From Promethearchaeota archaeon (lineage in GTDB: Archaea; Asgardarchaeota; Lokiarchaeia; Sigyniarchaeales; SOKP01): a stretch of 64,000 nt of DNA. The first letter of the stretch is position 1; the number at the start of each line of letters is the position of its first letter. A program made the translations under genes and the position numbers. Positions 60,801 to 64,000 of this stretch are shown here, in pieces. The stretch spans positions 32,001-96,000 of the forward strand of contig JBHLOI010000007.1 in assembly GCA_048940645.1 (NCBI GenBank), written 5' to 3'. The notes below the pieces were generated by a model. That model made no database searches and was not told the DNA's origin. It was given only the letters and a program-made list of their open reading frames with translations.

Positions 60801-62208
60801 CCAGAAGAAAATCCAAATAAAAGTAATATTTTGATTTTCCTAGAAATTTTGATTTAGTTCGAATATTTCCCTTGAAAAAATTCCTTTCCATCATATCATA
60901 AATTAGAGGAAAAACATCCTCTCTCATTTTCAACGATTCAAAATGATAAGACGACTTATAATTCTTTAGAATGTCAGAAAGACATATTATGCTATTTTCA
61001 TTTAACTGATTACTTATTTCATTCGCAATAACTTTTAATCCATTATTGAGGGTTCTCAGAAATTTACTAAATTCTAATGTATTATTTATGATTTTTAGCT
61101 TGAAATTATAACTTAAATTGATATACAGGATGATCTCTTCAATCCCATGTGTTAGTCCAAAGGCAGTTTTTATGTGTTTAATATCCACGAATCCATTTTT
61201 TTCTATTTGTTTAAAAATCAGCCTTTCTATCTCTCCAATAAACTTTTTCCATATAAAAGATAAAAGTATTGTGATCTTGGATAAATTAAAGAATATGAGT
61301 GAACCTTGATCATTACCATTTTTGAAAAGTTTTTGAATATTTTCGTTGATAAAAGAATAGATTCTAGCAGGATTGTAATCCATTAGCCATGGAAAATGAT
61401 TAAAAGTATAAATTATCCAAAAAGTATCATCTATATTTCCTTCTCCGTTAGAGAAGTTAAATCCTCCATCATATTTTTGAAATTGATGGAAATATTGAAG
61501 TTCTTTATCTTTTACTTCTAAATCCAAATTTAAATATTTAAGAGATAAATATTTGAAAAGCATAGAAGGAATTTTTTTTCTACTATTTAAATATGCACGG
61601 AATTGCTCTTTAAATAATCTAACATCTGAGCCTATAAGTGTGAGAATTTCGAGAACGTAATAAAACGTTTTTGAGGAAAATGGTTTTTTATGAATTTCAC
61701 ATTGTTTATCAAGACAATGGAGAAAAATTTCGCCTTTTTTATGTTCATATATAAAATTTTTGACTTTTCTTACAAGATCATTACTTCCTTTTGAGAGGAG
61801 ATATTCTTCTAGCAATCCTAATATATATAAGCTAGATAGGGCATAATATAAAGACCAAATATCAGGTACAGCTTTAGATTGAGGATTTAATTTAAAACCT
61901 ATTTGATCCTTCTCTAAAATATCCACTTCACAGGATTTAATGAAATCATAAAAAACATGCTTTTGAGGTGTGAGATCCTCCTTTAGATACTTCCCTAATA
62001 AGAGGAACCAATATAAATACTCTAGGTCTAAACTAGGCTCTTTAACTAGGGTTTTAACTTTTGATTGATAAAGATTTATGATTTTATCATAATAACTCAG
62101 ATGGAAACTCCCAATTTTTTTCCTATCTACTAGTACAAAAGACTCAAAAGGTTCTCTTTTAAATTCTGTAATGTATGGATACGCAGTTTTCTTTTCTACT
62201 TTTGACAA
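57802..62208 (-). CDS. 1468-aa multidomain protein: prenyltransferase-like barrel, winged-helix/PCI-like domains, coiled coils, C-terminal TM hairpin
   Basis: GF...PDIWSLYYAL and Q..DGGF...IDDTFW repeats; two PCI-like motifs; long K/E-rich helices; C-terminal hydrophobic hairpin. Confidence 0.8.
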   Translation of the reverse strand: MSKVEKKTAYPYITEFKREPFESFVLVDRKKIGSFHLSYYDKIINLYQSKVKTLVKEPSLDLEYLYWFLLLGKYLKEDLTPQKHVFYDFIKSCEVDILEKDQIGFKLNPQSKAVPDIWSLYYALSSLYILGLLEEYLLSKGSNDLVRKVKNFIYEHKKGEIFLHCLDKQCEIHKKPFSSKTFYYVLEILTLIGSDVRLFKEQFRAYLNSRKKIPSMLFKYLSLKYLNLDLEVKDKELQYFHQFQKYDGGFNFSNGEGNIDDTFWIIYTFNHFPWLMDYNPARIYSFINENIQKLFKNGNDQGSLIFFNLSKITILLSFIWKKFIGEIERLIFKQIEKNGFVDIKHIKTAFGLTHGIEEIILYINLSYNFKLKIINNTLEFSKFLRTLNNGLKVIANEISNQLNENSIICLSDILKNYKSSYHFESLKMREDVFPLIYDMMERNFFKGNIRTKSKFLGKSKYYFYLDFLLDNVITSDKKINTEKLFEEKEKLGDIKNDIYNMTLILKNTSTQIKEEIESYLLLDEIDYAKERLRFILKNALLEADFLNENIENSFSQDMIYINIQAVLATEINQWKIAYSIMQKKLNEVEKYLKEKISEKEELKKFNTILDELENRIFEVGEFIKKELDSFRKYFREKLESGFNNENYNLIIGEFNKISNYVDKYDHTIYKISQQITIKEEKVFKKHKEIIDNWVNLKEEFGSIFSYYAEGFKFFEQTSEKIDGIDDEIKKEISYIKQKADEKISQNQFKEAFEIIKKDSESLLSQKIKEIKELRIIVSDQTKTNQKLFLLFQYLKENLDVIEESIINLVAEQVQSLKDDVLEERNRAKIEDFDNFISEQIQRFKIRLKFYKTKLGEAKSIKIKDVIDGFDRIIIELDDKNKIFLKKLNDLKTLIQSFDKNSISIIQWEKFHDYLTTEINNSKDNYVNQIIISEIEIWTKEKKTNKVDIRELANKLNLKCKAVIPLIKEMIEFSKIEGDLNEEKKLMVVHNDAYYKNKELNTYIDTKLLKFHQEKIGKILALYDSGVRNKKLAVNILELQNRITEYSDLEKKIRIQYEDKVNQLKITEEREENLNTKKELENILTNGKMAIQKIKANLNFFNEFQIFISEEYNVLTLDFVNNLIKVFENIENFGSYVKAIEHFESKKTKFDVKVKRIEEKINEKLKGSLTKNSSFKRLETEIREFYVSRKNEFGAFYKAKLDKITEDISILKDDTYRNELLDKINKIKIRLSQLLGTFQTRVEDYIEYKEFKRAHAKVQKREKKIQAEIREVSKNIKNLVREYERKSNNFETKNKYLLDDFELFIKGFRDLMYEKVKSLDEMIIKSYVSMAIKAVADQYLTISFLQNELNIKKQKIQEHLISLISSGKLKGKYDPRIGLYYENPDLLNKVDESELEVMKKMNFRFYMFWRRLRSFASQNYSIFAFLAAILSITLSLFNFTGPAIFILLFVLIIILALYLLIKRKKQDKI

Positions 62209-62350
62209 ATAAAAATCCCCATAAATCTTTTTAATTATAATGATAATTTTTACATTTATTTTTTGTCATTGATAGGACTGCGTTTTAGCAAAAAATGATT
62301 AATAAATAGAGTAAAAGATTAAAAAAAATGAAAATTAAATTTAAATGTCT

Positions 62351-63862
62351 CTATAATGGAGGATCGCTATCAAAGCTTAATGTTTTATTAATACCCATAT
62401 TATCCTTCCATAATGGATTCTGGATCAAAAATAATGGCATTCCACGAGCTGCTGGAGGCCAATGAAAAGCATGATTGAAAGCAGCTTCAATAGTTGCAGA
62501 GTCATTTAGAGCATCCCAAAACATATGAAAGAACCAAGAGCCTGCAAATCCATCAGGGTTCATATTATTTATATAATACCAAGCAAGTAAATTCGAAGAA
62601 GCGCTAACCATGATGCAATTTTCTATATCATACCAGCTCTGACCAATATTAGCATCTGCATTTAAAAAATTACCACTAAAGCAACAATCTACGTTTATCA
62701 TCATTCTTTGACATTCTATCACTTTCACTAAATCATAAAATTCAAATTCAGTTATCCAACTATTATCTGCTTCGAAGTGAAATGTAGCATTTCCATCAGG
62801 GAGTACTTTATTAGAACCATGATCAACCATGTAAACTATCAAATAATCTTCTGGACGTATTCCTGAAGCAAAAGAACCTGTGTAGGAAACATTTAATTCT
62901 TGCTTAAATCTACTTGCTGTAACACTATCATTCGCTACATCTATTAACACGGGGATTCCATCATGAATTAAATCATTAGTATATTTATCAAATATATTGA
63001 TATCAATAATTCCATCTGCATCGTTTTTATAATATAACATCAAAAAGATATTATCATCAGTATAGCCATGATTTTTCAATATCCAATATACTTGTAACGC
63101 TTGAGCAGGAAATCCATCCGAATTTATACCTGGAGGCGGAGGTGGAGTACCAGGATCAGTAGGATTATCCAAATCTACTAAAACCCATTTATATATTTCA
63201 ATGTTATCAAAATAGACAATACCCTCTAATGGGTTAATGTTAAAATAAGAACCGTTAACTGTCAAAAATAGTCTTAAATCAGTTATTTCATTATTAGTTT
63301 CATTATTACATACACCTGAAACACTTAAAGTAAACCACTGATTTAAAGTAGAATTGAAGTAATTAGACCAATCTGTTCTTACAACTTGATCCCCAGAATC
63401 TAACCACTGTAATCCAATTCTAATACCACTACCATTTATTGGCTCTGGATTAGCAATAAAAATTTCAGCAGTCATATTGTAATAAGCATAATCGCGTAAA
63501 AAATAGTTACTCCCTTTCCAATCTAATGAAAAGTTCGCATTAATAGCCTCTGGACTTGGTGGCGTAATAAATAATGATCCCAGCGGATTTCCAAAAACTC
63601 CAGACCACTCTCCGATGCTCCCAAAGGGACCAGAATATGTCCAATTCCCTTTACCTGTCGCAAAATTAGAATCATTTCCATCATTAAATGGTTCCTCAGG
63701 TTCTGAACCAAAAAAGTCATTAGCACTACAACAGATTAAAGCTTTCCTCTGACCTATATATACTCCTGGTCCGGGAAGTAAAAATAGCAGCAATAACGTA
63801 GTAGTTACTCCCGCAATAATAATTAAAGCTGCAATAATCGCAATTACTTTTTTCTTTTTCAT
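62351..63862 (-). CDS. Membrane-anchored clan CD cysteine peptidase (C13 legumain/GPI8-like) with inserted beta-sandwich domain
   Basis: IVYMVDHG and INVDCCFSG His/Cys dyad; YWILKNHGYTDDNI; N-terminal TM. Confidence 0.82.
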   Translation of the reverse strand: MKKKKVIAIIAALIIIAGVTTTLLLLFLLPGPGVYIGQRKALICCSANDFFGSEPEEPFNDGNDSNFATGKGNWTYSGPFGSIGEWSGVFGNPLGSLFITPPSPEAINANFSLDWKGSNYFLRDYAYYNMTAEIFIANPEPINGSGIRIGLQWLDSGDQVVRTDWSNYFNSTLNQWFTLSVSGVCNNETNNEITDLRLFLTVNGSYFNINPLEGIVYFDNIEIYKWVLVDLDNPTDPGTPPPPPGINSDGFPAQALQVYWILKNHGYTDDNIFLMLYYKNDADGIIDINIFDKYTNDLIHDGIPVLIDVANDSVTASRFKQELNVSYTGSFASGIRPEDYLIVYMVDHGSNKVLPDGNATFHFEADNSWITEFEFYDLVKVIECQRMMINVDCCFSGNFLNADANIGQSWYDIENCIMVSASSNLLAWYYINNMNPDGFAGSWFFHMFWDALNDSATIEAAFNHAFHWPPAARGMPLFLIQNPLWKDNMGINKTLSFDSDPPL

Positions 63863-64000
63863 AAATCTTCACAAAATTGAATTCCTATTTTAATACTATT
63901 TTACAATTATTATTTAAATTATACCTTAACAGAAATCTAGAAAATCTATCAATTTAAATATTGGCTAAATTTCTCAATATTGTAATTGAAAAATTTGATT

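Noticed and set aside
714-63726. Many short antisense or overlapping ORFs in the track (e.g. 714-1049, 5488-5778, 38793-39110, 43770-44192, 50708-50938)
   Set aside because: They lie within well-supported genes on another frame or strand and show no recognisable motifs
1-64000. CRISPR arrays, transposases, integrases, rRNA
   Set aside because: No regularly spaced repeats, recombinase motifs or long GC-rich RNA segments seen

Overview
AT-rich archaeal chromosomal segment with no mobile elements or CRISPR. The gene content points to an Asgard archaeon, probably Lokiarchaeia (inference): Rab-like GTPase, longin/NPRL2-like, roadblock and PCI-like proteins, archaeal histone, SepRS, archaeal ThrRS/GluRS, RibL/RibK, SRP19, S8e, proteasome beta and JAMM. 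About 60 CDS and two minus-strand tRNA genes with non-canonical BHB-type introns (Arg-GCG with two, Pro-GGG with one). The most notable candidates for undescribed systems are: (1) a divergent module at 17.2-21.7 kb (ABC exporter, XRE regulator, membrane bPH_2-XRE fusion, two related small membrane peptides) whose two promoters share a 14-bp inverted repeat; (2) a 1468-aa C-terminally anchored protein with a prenyltransferase-like barrel, PCI-like domains and coiled coils; (3) an operon with two paralogous SCP2-like proteins flanking an atypical aldehyde dehydrogenase. All family calls come from motif recognition by eye; no database searches were run.
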